64,000 nucleotides of DNA from NCBI GenBank assembly GCA_040901675.1, contig JBBDYJ010000011.1, positions 1 through 64,000 on the forward strand, in the 5' to 3' direction. The notes beneath the pieces were generated by a model, which did not search any database, was not told where the DNA came from, and was given only the letters and a program-made list of their open reading frames with translations. The DNA is from Pirellulales bacterium (lineage in GTDB: Bacteria; Planctomycetota; Planctomycetia; Pirellulales; JAICIG01). Positions 29,833 to 39,015 of this stretch are shown here, in pieces (position 1 is the stretch's first letter; each line of letters starts with the position of its first letter). The translations under genes were made by a program, and so were the position numbers.

Positions 29833-31340
29833 CGCGACGCCTCCTCTTGGTTTGACGGACGACTGGAAGCAGTTGCGCCGCCGGCGGCACCGCGCACCGT
29901 CCCCGAACGATGCGCGGCGGCCAGCAGCGCCGCTTCCTGAAACGACGATTCCCAGCTTGCCCGATCGACCGCCAGGCCTCGCAAAAGCGCCAGCACGATC
30001 GGGTCGCCGCTGCCGCCCAGGGCCGCGTTCAACGTCTCGGCTTCCAGGCCCAACTCGGCGGCGGCTGATTCGATCGTCACCGGCCGATACACGTGCGCGG
30101 CAAAGGTCTCGGTCAAGGCGATCGCTGCCTGCTCGGTAGACAGGCCTCCGGTGGCCAAGGCAACCGCCTCGGCGTAGTCCTCGCGATCGCGCAGCATGCG
30201 CCTGGCCAGCCGCACCGGGTCGTAGAGTTCCAAGGCCCGCCGCTCGACCACCGGCTCGTCGGACCGAACCGGCGGCAGCGCGGATTGGTCGTCGGCAAAC
30301 GGCTGCAAACCCGCGCGGCCGCCGTTCAACTCGTGACACCGGATGCACGAGATGATCGGCACGAGCTCCTGGTGGCCGGCCGGGGCCGTCGTGTCGCTGG
30401 CGATCGCCTGCGGCACGGCGTCCTGCCGAACTCCTTGGGCATCGAACAGGGCCGTTCCCCACAGACCGTTGGCGCGGGCAAAAAACAGCTCCGTGGCATC
30501 GAAGACGAACCTCTGCGTTTTGAAGTCGAGCGGGCTGCGCAGCGGGTCCCTGTCGGCTGCCACCCGGGCGACGTCCTTGGTCAGCCAGACGCCCCCCTGC
30601 GGCCCAGGCCGATAAATCACCCGCCGCGGCTTGCCGGTCACTTGCGACCGCAGCAGGTTGGCGGCGGAATCGGCCGCCAGCCGGCTGACCACTTTCACGT
30701 CGAGGCCCAGTTGGACGAACAGCTCTTGCTGGCGAGCCGGCACCGCCGCCCAGGCGTAATAATCCGGAGGCCGCGAAACCCGAGCGATGAAGAAGTCGGC
30801 CCGCAGCACGGACCCAAACGAGCCGGTAAGCTGCCGCAAACGCTCGGCCTGCCCCAGGTCGATCCACCCGCCGTCGACGGTGACCGTCTTGAGCCCGCCC
30901 GCCGTTACCACTTGGGTCGTGAGGTGGAAGTAAGGATCGTCCGCCGCAAGCTCCTCCCAGGCGGCGTGCAGCTCAAGGTAGCTTTCCGGCTGCTGAGGAT
31001 CGGCATAGGCGGCCAGGTCGATCCTTAGGAGATCGCCTTGGACGCTGATCGGCTTGGCGATCGTTCGAGAGCGGCTGACCGCGTTCAGCAGGTAGCCGGC
31101 GGCCGCCGTAACCGACTGCCGGCGCTCCAGCGGAACGTTATACAGCGCGAGGTAGCGGGTTTGCGGCCGCAGGGCGGCCGGCACCGTCTCCAGGTCGGCC
31201 AGGGCCCCATCGACGGTTGTAGCCGGATCGCCGGCGACTGCCGCCATGGCGAGTACCAGTTGGGGCATTCTCAGCAAGAGCACGGTCGCGGTGGAGCTCA
31301 TGGAGTGCCTGGGACGAAGGTGGTTGAGCAGGGCGGGCAC
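29829..31340 (-). CDS. Putative c-type heme protein (single CxxCH)
   Basis: LRADFF, FDATELFFARANGL..LFDAQGVRQD.VP..IASD, ISCIRCH. Start uncertain. Confidence 0.75.
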   Translation of the reverse strand: MPALLNHLRPRHSMSSTATVLLLRMPQLVLAMAAVAGDPATTVDGALADLETVPAALRPQTRYLALYNVPLERRQSVTAAAGYLLNAVSRSRTIAKPISVQGDLLRIDLAAYADPQQPESYLELHAAWEELAADDPYFHLTTQVVTAGGLKTVTVDGGWIDLGQAERLRQLTGSFGSVLRADFFIARVSRPPDYYAWAAVPARQQELFVQLGLDVKVVSRLAADSAANLLRSQVTGKPRRVIYRPGPQGGVWLTKDVARVAADRDPLRSPLDFKTQRFVFDATELFFARANGLWGTALFDAQGVRQDAVPQAIASDTTAPAGHQELVPIISCIRCHELNGGRAGLQPFADDQSALPPVRSDEPVVERRALELYDPVRLARRMLRDREDYAEAVALATGGLSTEQAAIALTETFAAHVYRPVTIESAAAELGLEAETLNAALGGSGDPIVLALLRGLAVDRASWESSFQEAALLAAAHRSGTVRGAAGGATASSRPSNQEEASR

Positions 31341-31344
31341 GGCA

Positions 31345-31743
31345 TCAACGCCCTCCGCGCAGTTGTCTGATCAGCTTGAGGATCTCGAGGATCAGCGGCA
31401 GCCAATCCTCAATGCCTTGCAATTCGGCGCTGCCGTCTGATGAGTCGAGCGGCGGCTGGTCCGCCTGGGCCGGCGTTTGGGTGGTGCGGCCCCAGGCGTA
31501 CTGCACCAGGGCCGCGAGGATGTTCAAGACTCCTTCGTCGAGCAGGACGCCGCGCAGCCATTGGACGCGTTGGGCGTCGATGCCCAGCAATTCGGCGAAC
31601 TCCAACATAGCGGAGATGGCGCGCCGCAGACCGTCGCTGGTGGTGAGGTCGCCGATCAGGCGGAGCGACGCAGCCAGTTCGAGCATCTGCCGGATGGCCT
31701 TTAGGCGTCCTTCGAAGTTCCACGCTGGTACCGCTTGAATCAT
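31345..31743 (-). CDS. Hypothetical protein with C-terminal amphipathic helix
   Basis: GAGGGA RBS; ends WLPLILEILKLIRQLRGGR. Confidence 0.7.
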   Translation of the reverse strand: MIQAVPAWNFEGRLKAIRQMLELAASLRLIGDLTTSDGLRRAISAMLEFAELLGIDAQRVQWLRGVLLDEGVLNILAALVQYAWGRTTQTPAQADQPPLDSSDGSAELQGIEDWLPLILEILKLIRQLRGGR

Positions 31744-31768
31744 GGCGCTGTCCCTCGTGTGTGAGCGC

Positions 31769-31819
31769 AAAAAAAGAGCCCGCCGCCGGACAGTGCTGCT
31801 GTCCGGCGGCGGGCTCTTT
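31769..31819 (-). terminator. Strong Rho-independent terminator or attenuator
   Basis: 21-bp perfect inverted repeat AAAGAGCCCGCCGCCGGACAG with 5-nt loop and U7 on the minus strand. Confidence 0.85.
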
Positions 31820-31867
31820 AGATGCCTGGTCATGCCAGGCTCGGTGGATGCCCTCAAACGGCTTTTT

Positions 31868-31897
31868 ATCCTATCCGAGGTGGTGGTCGAATTTCAA
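31868..31897 (-). promoter_or_regulatory. Putative sigma70 promoter
   Basis: TTGAAA-N18-TAGGAT. Confidence 0.4.
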
Positions 31898-31933
31898 GGG
31901 GGTGATTTGGCAATTCTATTGTCCGGTGATATG

Positions 31934-32926
31934 TCACTGGCGCAGGTCCGGCCGCGCCGCCACCCGGCCGGAGGAGCCGCCTTCGTCGACGTCGAACTCG
32001 GCCCAGACAGGCAGGTGGTCCGAGACGGCGAGCGCCTGGTCGATAGTGAGGTTGAACTCGCGCAATAGATCGAGCACACCGGCGTTCCCGGTGAACTCGG
32101 TAGTGGACCGCGCGTCGAAGATGATGTTGTCGTAAAGCTTCGTGCCACGGGTGTTCGTCGGGATGCCGGAGATCGCCCAGGCAATGTAGGGCAACTGCCC
32201 CAGCTCGCCCAGGTGGCGATCGTCGGCGTTCAGGTCGCCCAGCAGAATCACGTCGTCCTCCTGGCGGCCGTCGTCGCGAACCGCCCGATACACGTCGTCC
32301 AGCATGGCCAGCTCCGTGTGTACCTCGTCCGGGTCGGTGTGGATGTTGACCAAAGTGAACGTGAATGCCCGATCGGCGGGCGGACCGCGGACTCGGAAGG
32401 CGGCCACCAGCGGTTCCCGGTGCAACAGATCGTCCGGGTCGTCCACCGTATAGACCGAGTCGCGGTCGCATTCGATGCGGACGCTGTTGTAGATGAAGGC
32501 GTATTGCTCCTTGCTCGAAGTGCGGCCCAGCCGCTGACCAATCACGTAATCGTAGCGGCCGCCGCCGGCATTGATCAGTTCGACGAAACGCGGCAGCACA
32601 TCCTGTCTCTTGGCCCTGATCTCTTGCACCGCTACCACGTCGAAGCGACGAATCACCTCGACCAGCACTTGGACGGCGGCGGCGTTGGCGAGCTTGCTTT
32701 CGCCAAACACCTGGATGTTGAACGAGGCGATGCGGATCGTCTCGCCCGTTCGGTCGACGGGCGGCGACGCCGGGTTCGAGGCAGGCGCCTCGCCGCCCAC
32801 CCCGCGACTCGCCGCCGGCACGCGAAGCCCCAAACCGGCCAAGTCCTCGGGACCCGGCTGGCCGGCCAGGTACCACCCGCCGGCCAACAGCGCGAGCGGC
32901 ACAATCACGAAAAGTGCTTTGCGCAC
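31934..32926 (-). CDS. Endonuclease/exonuclease/phosphatase (DNase I-like) protein
   Basis: IASFNIQVFG, DVVAVQEIR, EQYAFIY, ILLGDLNA, YDNI, SDHLPV. Confidence 0.92.
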   Translation of the reverse strand: MRKALFVIVPLALLAGGWYLAGQPGPEDLAGLGLRVPAASRGVGGEAPASNPASPPVDRTGETIRIASFNIQVFGESKLANAAAVQVLVEVIRRFDVVAVQEIRAKRQDVLPRFVELINAGGGRYDYVIGQRLGRTSSKEQYAFIYNSVRIECDRDSVYTVDDPDDLLHREPLVAAFRVRGPPADRAFTFTLVNIHTDPDEVHTELAMLDDVYRAVRDDGRQEDDVILLGDLNADDRHLGELGQLPYIAWAISGIPTNTRGTKLYDNIIFDARSTTEFTGNAGVLDLLREFNLTIDQALAVSDHLPVWAEFDVDEGGSSGRVAARPDLRQ

Positions 32927-33094
32927 GGGCCCCTCCATGGGCACGGAATGAACGTGGGGGATCGATACCGCGCCGGCGCACGCGCCGCAGCAGGGCCGCG
33001 TAGGATAATCAAACCAGCCCGCCTCCCCTAGGGCACTTTGGGCTGGAGAGCTGGAGGGGAACGACCAGGCGAGACGAAGAAGGGTTGCCTACTC

Positions 33095-33176
33095 CTGGGG
33101 CACGCTACGACTCGACTGAGCTCGCGACTCGACTGAGCTCGCCGAAGTCCGAAGTCCGCTTTGCCGCCAGGCACCC
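33095..33176. repeat. REP-like element with a self-nested 24-bp insertion
   Basis: CTGGGGCACGCTAC[GACTCGACTGAGCTCGC[GACTCGACTGAGCTCGCCGAAGTC]CGAAGTC]CGCTTTGCCGCCAGGCACCC. Confidence 0.8.
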
Positions 33177-33246
33177 AGCGGCATTGATTCACAGCCTCTG
33201 TGCCGTCGGCTGTCAGCTTTTCAGCCAAACGCCCGCTGGGTACCCA

Positions 33247-33756
33247 TCACCGGCGCGCTTCGCGCACCAGGTGTCCCAGTTCGGGAAGGATCAGCTTCTC
33301 CATGGCCAGATTGACGGCCGCCGGAGAGCCGGGCATCGTGAGAACCACGATCCGCCCGATCAGCCCGCCGATGGCCCTGCTGAGCATGGCCGCCGCACCG
33401 ATCTCCTGGTAGCTCAACATCCGCAGCAACTCACCATAGCCGGGCAGTGGCGTGGTCATCAGGCTGCCCAGCGTTTGAAAGGTCTGGTCGCGGCTGCTGA
33501 TTCCGGTCCCGCCCGTGCAAAGCACCACATCCAGCTCGCCCCGGTTTTCCAGCGAAAACAGCACGGCGCGGAGCCGTTCCGGATCGTCCGGCACGATTTC
33601 GCGGGCCACCACCCGGTGCCCGGCCGCCATCAGGTGATCGACGACAGCCCGGCCGCCTGTATCGGTCTCAGGCGTGCGGGTATCGCTGATCGTAACGACC
33701 GCGCAGGCTAGCGCCCCAGGGGCCGTGGCACGGTGTTCCGCCGCCGACTGGCTCAT
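33247..33756 (-). CDS. moaB: MoaB/Mog molybdenum cofactor biosynthesis protein
   Basis: VVTISDTRT..D, IVPDD, TGGTG...RD.T, AMLSRA, MPGS. Confidence 0.92.
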   Translation of the reverse strand: MSQSAAEHRATAPGALACAVVTISDTRTPETDTGGRAVVDHLMAAGHRVVAREIVPDDPERLRAVLFSLENRGELDVVLCTGGTGISSRDQTFQTLGSLMTTPLPGYGELLRMLSYQEIGAAAMLSRAIGGLIGRIVVLTMPGSPAAVNLAMEKLILPELGHLVREARR

Positions 33757-33915
33757 TGAAAGCCCCGACTCCCTTCTGCCGCCGGGAGACGAAAAAACGA
33801 GGGTTGAATCCGCCGATTCGTTGCCCCTGCCCCTCAGCGGCGCTTATACTAAACACTGCCCGGCCTGTCGAACATTTGTAGACAAAAGTTCACCGTTCCG
33901 CCAGAGGAAGTTGCC

Positions 33916-35130
33916 ATGCGTCTTCGGCCGCTCGCTCTGCTCGCCTGGTGCCTGGGGGCCATCGGCTCGATGGCAGTCGGCGCGCCGGCGCGGGGCGAAG
34001 TGTTCGTGCTCGCCAACGGAGGTCGGGTCGAAGGCGAAATCGTCAATCCAGACGAGTTGCCTCGCGAGAAGTACGTCATCCAGACCGCCACGGGAGGCCG
34101 GCTCACGCTCGACAAGTCCCAGGTCAAGCAGGTGATCCGCCGGCGGCCCGAGGAAGTCGAGTACGAAAAGATCCGTCCTCAATATCCCGACACGATCGAG
34201 GGCCAATTGCAACTGGCCGAATGGTGCCGCGAGCACCAGCTTTTGCAGTTCCGCGAGCAGCATCTGAGGCGGGTCATCGAGCTGGAGCCCGACCACCTCC
34301 CGGCCCGCCGTGCCCTCGGTTATACCCGCTCGGAGGGCGGCGACTGGAAAACCCGCCACGAGATCATGACCGAGCGCGGGTACGTCCAGTACAAGGGGCA
34401 GTGGATCACGCCCGAAGAGCTGGAACTGCGCGAACGCAATCGCAAGAACGAGCTGGCCGAAAAAGAGTGGCACGGCAAAGTCAAGCGCTGGCGGGGGTGG
34501 CTCGAGACCGACAAGGCCGAAGAGGCCCTCCGGCAGTTCGACCAGATCGCCGATCCCTATGCCGTCCAGGCACTGGCCGCCGCCTTGAACGACGAGGCCA
34601 ACGACCAGATTCGCCGGGTTTACGTTCGCTCACTGGCCCGCGTCGGCACGCCCCAGGCCTACCAGGTGCTGATCGTGCAATCGCTCCAAGACGCCGACGA
34701 GGAGGTGCGCTTGACGTGCCTCGACTACATCGACGACGAACCCCGCCCCGCCGCAGTCAAGCACTACATCGCCAAGTTGCGCAGCAAGGACAACGTGGAA
34801 GTGAACCGGGCGGCGGTCGGCCTGGCGCGGCTGAACGACCCGCAGGCCATCAGCGCTTTGATCGACGCGCTGGTAACCACGCACAAGTTCAGAATCCAGA
34901 CCGGGCAGCCGGGCGGCTACAATGCCACCTTCAGCCCCGACGGCGGCGTGAACAGCTTCGGCACCAGCGGCGGGCCCAAGATCATCAGCCGCAAGATCCA
35001 GAATTCCCAGGTCCTGGATGCCCTCGTGCTCTTGACCCAAGGGGTCAACTTCAACTACGACGTCAAGACCTGGAAGAGCTGGTTCGCCGCGCAAAAGAGG
35101 CCGCAGGGGCTGAACGCCCGCCGCGATTGA
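33916..35130 (+). CDS. Secreted HEAT-repeat protein
   Basis: Signal peptide; LAEWCRE..ARRALGY motif; HEAT repeats. Confidence 0.85.
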   Translation: MRLRPLALLAWCLGAIGSMAVGAPARGEVFVLANGGRVEGEIVNPDELPREKYVIQTATGGRLTLDKSQVKQVIRRRPEEVEYEKIRPQYPDTIEGQLQLAEWCREHQLLQFREQHLRRVIELEPDHLPARRALGYTRSEGGDWKTRHEIMTERGYVQYKGQWITPEELELRERNRKNELAEKEWHGKVKRWRGWLETDKAEEALRQFDQIADPYAVQALAAALNDEANDQIRRVYVRSLARVGTPQAYQVLIVQSLQDADEEVRLTCLDYIDDEPRPAAVKHYIAKLRSKDNVEVNRAAVGLARLNDPQAISALIDALVTTHKFRIQTGQPGGYNATFSPDGGVNSFGTSGGPKIISRKIQNSQVLDALVLLTQGVNFNYDVKTWKSWFAAQKRPQGLNARRD

Positions 35131-35135
35131 TTGCC

Positions 35136-35513
35136 GTGGACAGGCCAACCGTCGCCATTCTTGGCGCCAGCCACGATCGAACCAAGTTCGGCAACAAGTC
35201 GCTGCGCGCTCATCTGGCGAAAGGCTACGACGTGTACCCGGTCAACCCCAAAGGCGGCCGGATCGAGGGCCTGACGGTCTACGAAGACCTGTTGCGGGTG
35301 CCGGTCGAACACCTGGACCGGATCAGCATGTATCTGCCGCCCCACCTCGGCCTGACGGTGTTGGGTCAGGTTGCCAAAAAGGGTTGCGGCCAACTCTGGT
35401 TGAACCCCGGCGCGTCCAGCCCCGAGCTGGTCCAGCGGGCGCGGGCGCTGGGGATCAACATCGTCGAGGCGTGCAGCATCGTCGACTTGGGAATCAACCC
35501 GGCCAGCCTCTGA
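35136..35513 (+). CDS. CoA-binding protein (YccU-like)
   Basis: VAILGASHDRTKFG, VYPVNP, LWLNPG, CSIV. Confidence 0.9.
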   Translation: MDRPTVAILGASHDRTKFGNKSLRAHLAKGYDVYPVNPKGGRIEGLTVYEDLLRVPVEHLDRISMYLPPHLGLTVLGQVAKKGCGQLWLNPGASSPELVQRARALGINIVEACSIVDLGINPASL

Positions 35514-35548
35514 AGCACCTTCCTCTGAAGCCGTCCACCCGCCTCACC

Positions 35549-36874
35549 TCAGGCGGCCCGGTTTCGAAGCGTGGTCCGCCGCCGCGCAAACCAGCTTTCG
35601 CCCAGCGTCGCCAAGGCCACCCGGTCTTCCAGGTTCGGCCGGAACACGGTCAACAGCAACAGCGGCAGGTACCAGGCAATTTGGACCCCGCCGCCTGGCA
35701 CGTTCCAATACTGAGTGCCCAACATGACCACCGCCGAACAGCTCAACAGCGTGCCCAGGTTCTTGGGCGTCGGCCAGAGGGCAAAACTCGCGCACAGCGC
35801 TACGAACGCCGTGATCACCGGGATGCGGTAGGCGGCGGCCGCTTCATGGAAGAACCAGAAGCCCTTGTCGGCGGGCGACGAAAAGATGGTCCAGCCCGAC
35901 ATCAGGCCCATCTGGGTCCAGAACTGTTGCAGGCTGCTCGATGTCAGCCCAAGAGCCGCGACCAACACCGCCAGCATCGACAGGAACCCCACGCTGAACC
36001 GCATCAGCCCGCGCTGCCAATAAAAAGCAATCCACAGGGGCAGCAGGAAGCAGGGATAGTAGACGGCGCCCGTGGCCAGCCCCAATAGCATGCCAGATAT
36101 CAAAGGCTTTCGGTAGGCCGCCACAGCCCACACGAGCAAGGCGGCCGGCAGCACGTGATCGACACGGCCGGTCATTTGCGCCGTATACGGCAACAGCAGA
36201 TAAAGCGTCGCCGCGGCGATTCCCGTGCGGATGTTGTCGTAGTGCCAGACTCCGATCATCACCATGCCGATTACGACCGCCAGGTGCGAGAGGATCGCCA
36301 TCGTCCGCGCCGTGGCCGCATGGATCATGTACCGCCCGTCGTCCTCGGAAACCGCGGGATCCTTGGGAACCATGGGCTGCGTCGTGATGCTGGGGATCAG
36401 GAACAACAGCGGATAGCCGGGCCCGTGCCAGGCCAGGCTCTTGTCGTCGGGATCCGCCTCGGTCCGCGACAGCATGGCGGCCAGCCGCCGGGGGCCTTCC
36501 AGATCGTCCTCGGTCGGAATCTTGGTGATGACGTTGACCATCAGGAACACCAACAGCGAGGCCGCTATAAATGTCAATCCGCCCGTGGACAGGTTCGGTT
36601 CCAGGAGAGGGCGCCGCACCATGCGAGGATCGATCAACAGCCGCAGGAGGAACACGCCGCCCACCGCAAACAGCCAGACATACCCCCAGTATTCGACCTG
36701 GCCGCCATGGTCGATCAACAGCAGTCCGGGGGCCAGCGCGACCAGCGTCAACAGGTCGAAGTTCCGCATGCTCCACAGGCGGCTGAACTTGAAGTAGATG
36801 GCGATCGTCAGCAGGCTGGAAAGGTAGACCCAGGTGGTCAGGGTCATGTGGTATTTGTAGAGGAACTGATCCAT
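35549..36874 (-). CDS. Polytopic membrane protein (GT-C/GT87-like)
   Basis: Many TM segments; FKFSRLWSMRNFDL; YLLLPYT. Confidence 0.75.
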   Translation of the reverse strand: MDQFLYKYHMTLTTWVYLSSLLTIAIYFKFSRLWSMRNFDLLTLVALAPGLLLIDHGGQVEYWGYVWLFAVGGVFLLRLLIDPRMVRRPLLEPNLSTGGLTFIAASLLVFLMVNVITKIPTEDDLEGPRRLAAMLSRTEADPDDKSLAWHGPGYPLLFLIPSITTQPMVPKDPAVSEDDGRYMIHAATARTMAILSHLAVVIGMVMIGVWHYDNIRTGIAAATLYLLLPYTAQMTGRVDHVLPAALLVWAVAAYRKPLISGMLLGLATGAVYYPCFLLPLWIAFYWQRGLMRFSVGFLSMLAVLVAALGLTSSSLQQFWTQMGLMSGWTIFSSPADKGFWFFHEAAAAYRIPVITAFVALCASFALWPTPKNLGTLLSCSAVVMLGTQYWNVPGGGVQIAWYLPLLLLTVFRPNLEDRVALATLGESWFARRRTTLRNRAA

Positions 36875-37112
36875 GTTTTCTCGATCCCCCTGACCCGCCA
36901 GCCTGGGCGGCAAACTTGCTCGCGCCTCAGACAAACTCCCACCGACCCCCCGGCGGGCCGAGCCGACCCGATCGGTCGCCTGGCGATTTCGCTAATCCGG
37001 CATGAGTTGAACATACGAGTTTCGAGCAGTTTTGCAAGCTTTCCGTCTTTGCTTTGTTTGCGGCGGCGGCCTATAAATGCCTGGGCTGGCGGCCTTTGCG
37101 CCTGGCCGCCCC

Positions 37113-37176
37113 ACCAACCCGACGCGGGTCTCGGCGGGCTCGACCCGCCCCGAGCCCGTCGAGGGGCGCCAGCGAG
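37113..37176. repeat. Inverted copy of the composite repeat at 9938-10001
   Basis: 64 bp with one mismatch. Confidence 0.9.
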
Positions 37177-37203
37177 GCACCGGGCACAGCGAGGCACACC
37201 AAA

Positions 37204-37692
37204 ATGGGGACCGACCAGGTGGCCGATAACGTGCTGCGGCGGCTCGAGCAGCGGCTGGCGGATGCCGGCGTGCCGTTCGATGTCGTCCGGCACGAGCCGG
37301 TCTATACCAGCCAGCAGGCCGCCGCCGTCCGCGGCACTTCGCTATCGAGTGGCGCCAAGGCGCTGGTCTGCAAGGCCGACGATAATCTCTACTTATTCGT
37401 GCTGCCGGCCGACCGCAAGCTGGCCAGCAAGCAGGTCCGCCGGCGGCACGGCTGGAAGAGTCTGCGTTTTGCCAACCCGGAGGAGGTCGAGCGGATCACC
37501 GGCCTGGCGCCCGGCTCGATCCCTCCGTTCGGCAGCCTGTTTGGCCTGCCGACCTATTGCGACCGGCTGCTGGCCGACGAGCGTACCGTGAACTTCAACG
37601 CGGGCGACCACTCGGTTTCGATCAGCATGTCGGTCCAGGACTATCTTGCGGTCGAATCGCCCGAACTCACCACGCTCACCGAGGCAACTTGA
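37204..37692 (+). CDS. YbaK/EbsC aminoacyl-tRNA editing domain protein
   Basis: HEPVYTS..AA, GAKAL, GSIPPFG, FNAGDH. Confidence 0.9.
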   Translation: MGTDQVADNVLRRLEQRLADAGVPFDVVRHEPVYTSQQAAAVRGTSLSSGAKALVCKADDNLYLFVLPADRKLASKQVRRRHGWKSLRFANPEEVERITGLAPGSIPPFGSLFGLPTYCDRLLADERTVNFNAGDHSVSISMSVQDYLAVESPELTTLTEAT

Positions 37693-38495
37693 TGACCACT
37701 CGATTCGCTGCCGTGGCGGCATTTTTGCTGGCTGCGCACTTCTGCCCGGATCAGCCGCACGCGGACGAATCGCTGCAGGTTTCCGGCCCGGCCCCTCCGG
37801 GCGTCTCGGGCACCTTCTCGATAGTGGCCGTCGATCCGGCAACGGGCGTCTGCGGCGCCGCGGTGGCCAGCAAGTACCCGGCCGTCGGCCGCGTCGTGCC
37901 TTACGTGCGGCCCGGCGTCGGCGCGTTCTGCACTCAGCACTGGCACGAGCCGGCCTGGGGCGAGCGGGCGCTCGACCTGTTGGCCGCGGGTCGGCACTCG
38001 GAAGACGTGCTGGCGGAGCTGCTGCGAAACGATCCGCGCCGCGACAAGCGGCAGTTGGCCATCATCGACATGGCGGGACGGGCGGCCAACCGCAACCCGG
38101 CAGGCGCGGACAAAGACGGCCTTTACTGGGGGGCCATGAGCGGCCGCTACTATGCCTGCCAGGGCAACACGCTGGCGGGCCGCCAGGTGATTACCGCCAT
38201 GGCGCAGGCCTATGAGGAGACCTCCGGCAGCCTGGCCGACCGCTTGATGGCTGCCCTGGTTGCGGCCGATCTGGCTGGCGGCGACCACCGCGGGCGGCTG
38301 GCCGCCGGCATTCGCGTGGCGAAGCAAGGCGTGGAGGGGCACTGGCTGGAGTTGTACGTGGACGAGAGCGGCGACGCGGTGATCGACCTGGCCCGCCGCT
38401 ACGCCGAGTTGAAGCACGAGGCGAAAGGCGCTTGGCGTGGCGGGCAGCTCCCCTTTTCAAATCCCCGCGAACAAAAGGCCAAAGCCAAGCAGTAG
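37692..38495 (+). CDS. DUF1028 (Ntn-hydrolase-like) secreted protein
   Basis: GTFSIVAVDP..GAAVASKYPAVG, QGNTLAG, AGGDHRG. Confidence 0.9.
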   Translation: MTTRFAAVAAFLLAAHFCPDQPHADESLQVSGPAPPGVSGTFSIVAVDPATGVCGAAVASKYPAVGRVVPYVRPGVGAFCTQHWHEPAWGERALDLLAAGRHSEDVLAELLRNDPRRDKRQLAIIDMAGRAANRNPAGADKDGLYWGAMSGRYYACQGNTLAGRQVITAMAQAYEETSGSLADRLMAALVAADLAGGDHRGRLAAGIRVAKQGVEGHWLELYVDESGDAVIDLARRYAELKHEAKGAWRGGQLPFSNPREQKAKAKQ

Positions 38496-38583
38496 GAGCC
38501 CAGCAATAGGAGCCGCGGGCGGCGCGGATGGCCTTCGCTCCAAAGAGCAACTTGCGGCCGGCCTGCGGGTCTTCTGGTTCACC

Positions 38584-39000
38584 ATGCACTATCGGTTCGC
38601 CACTGCCGCCGACGTCTCCTTGCTCGCCGCGATGAACCGGCAACTGATCCAGGACGAGGGGCATCGCAATCGCATGTCGCCGGCGGAGCTGGAGCAGCGG
38701 ATGAACGGCTGGCTGAAGGAGGAATACGAGGCGGTGTTGTTCGAGAACGATGGTCGAGCAGTCGGCTACGCGCTGTACAAGCGAGAGACCGACCGCGTCT
38801 ATCTGCGGCAGTTCTTCGTCGAGGCGGATCAACGCCGCAAGGGGATCGGCAGCGCGGCAGTCGCCTGGTTGTTGTCGAACGCCTGGCGCCAGTCGCTGCG
38901 GATCCAGCTCGATGTCCTGGTGGGCAATTCGGCAGGCATCGCGTTCTGGAGGTCGCTCGGTTTTGCCGACTACTGCACGAGGATGGAGCTGGTCCGGTAG
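38584..39000 (+). CDS. GNAT N-acetyltransferase
   Basis: LRQFFV..RRKGIG, N..GIAFWRSLGF. Confidence 0.9.
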   Translation: MHYRFATAADVSLLAAMNRQLIQDEGHRNRMSPAELEQRMNGWLKEEYEAVLFENDGRAVGYALYKRETDRVYLRQFFVEADQRRKGIGSAAVAWLLSNAWRQSLRIQLDVLVGNSAGIAFWRSLGFADYCTRMELVR

Positions 39001-39015
39001 TCCAGGGGGCCGTTT

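Larger units (their letters stand above)
23957..31743 (-). mobile_element. Phage-derived DNA-packaging operon (defective prophage or domesticated element)
   Basis: Eight co-oriented, closely spaced genes including portal, TerL and TerS-like; no capsid, tail or integrase in the window. Confidence 0.7.

Noticed and set aside
23957..31743. Complete inducible prophage
   Set aside because: No integrase, att repeats, capsid, tail or replication genes seen.
31824..31840. ANTAR target RNA in the operon leader
   Set aside because: Single hairpin with a 5-nt loop, not the tandem hexaloop motif.
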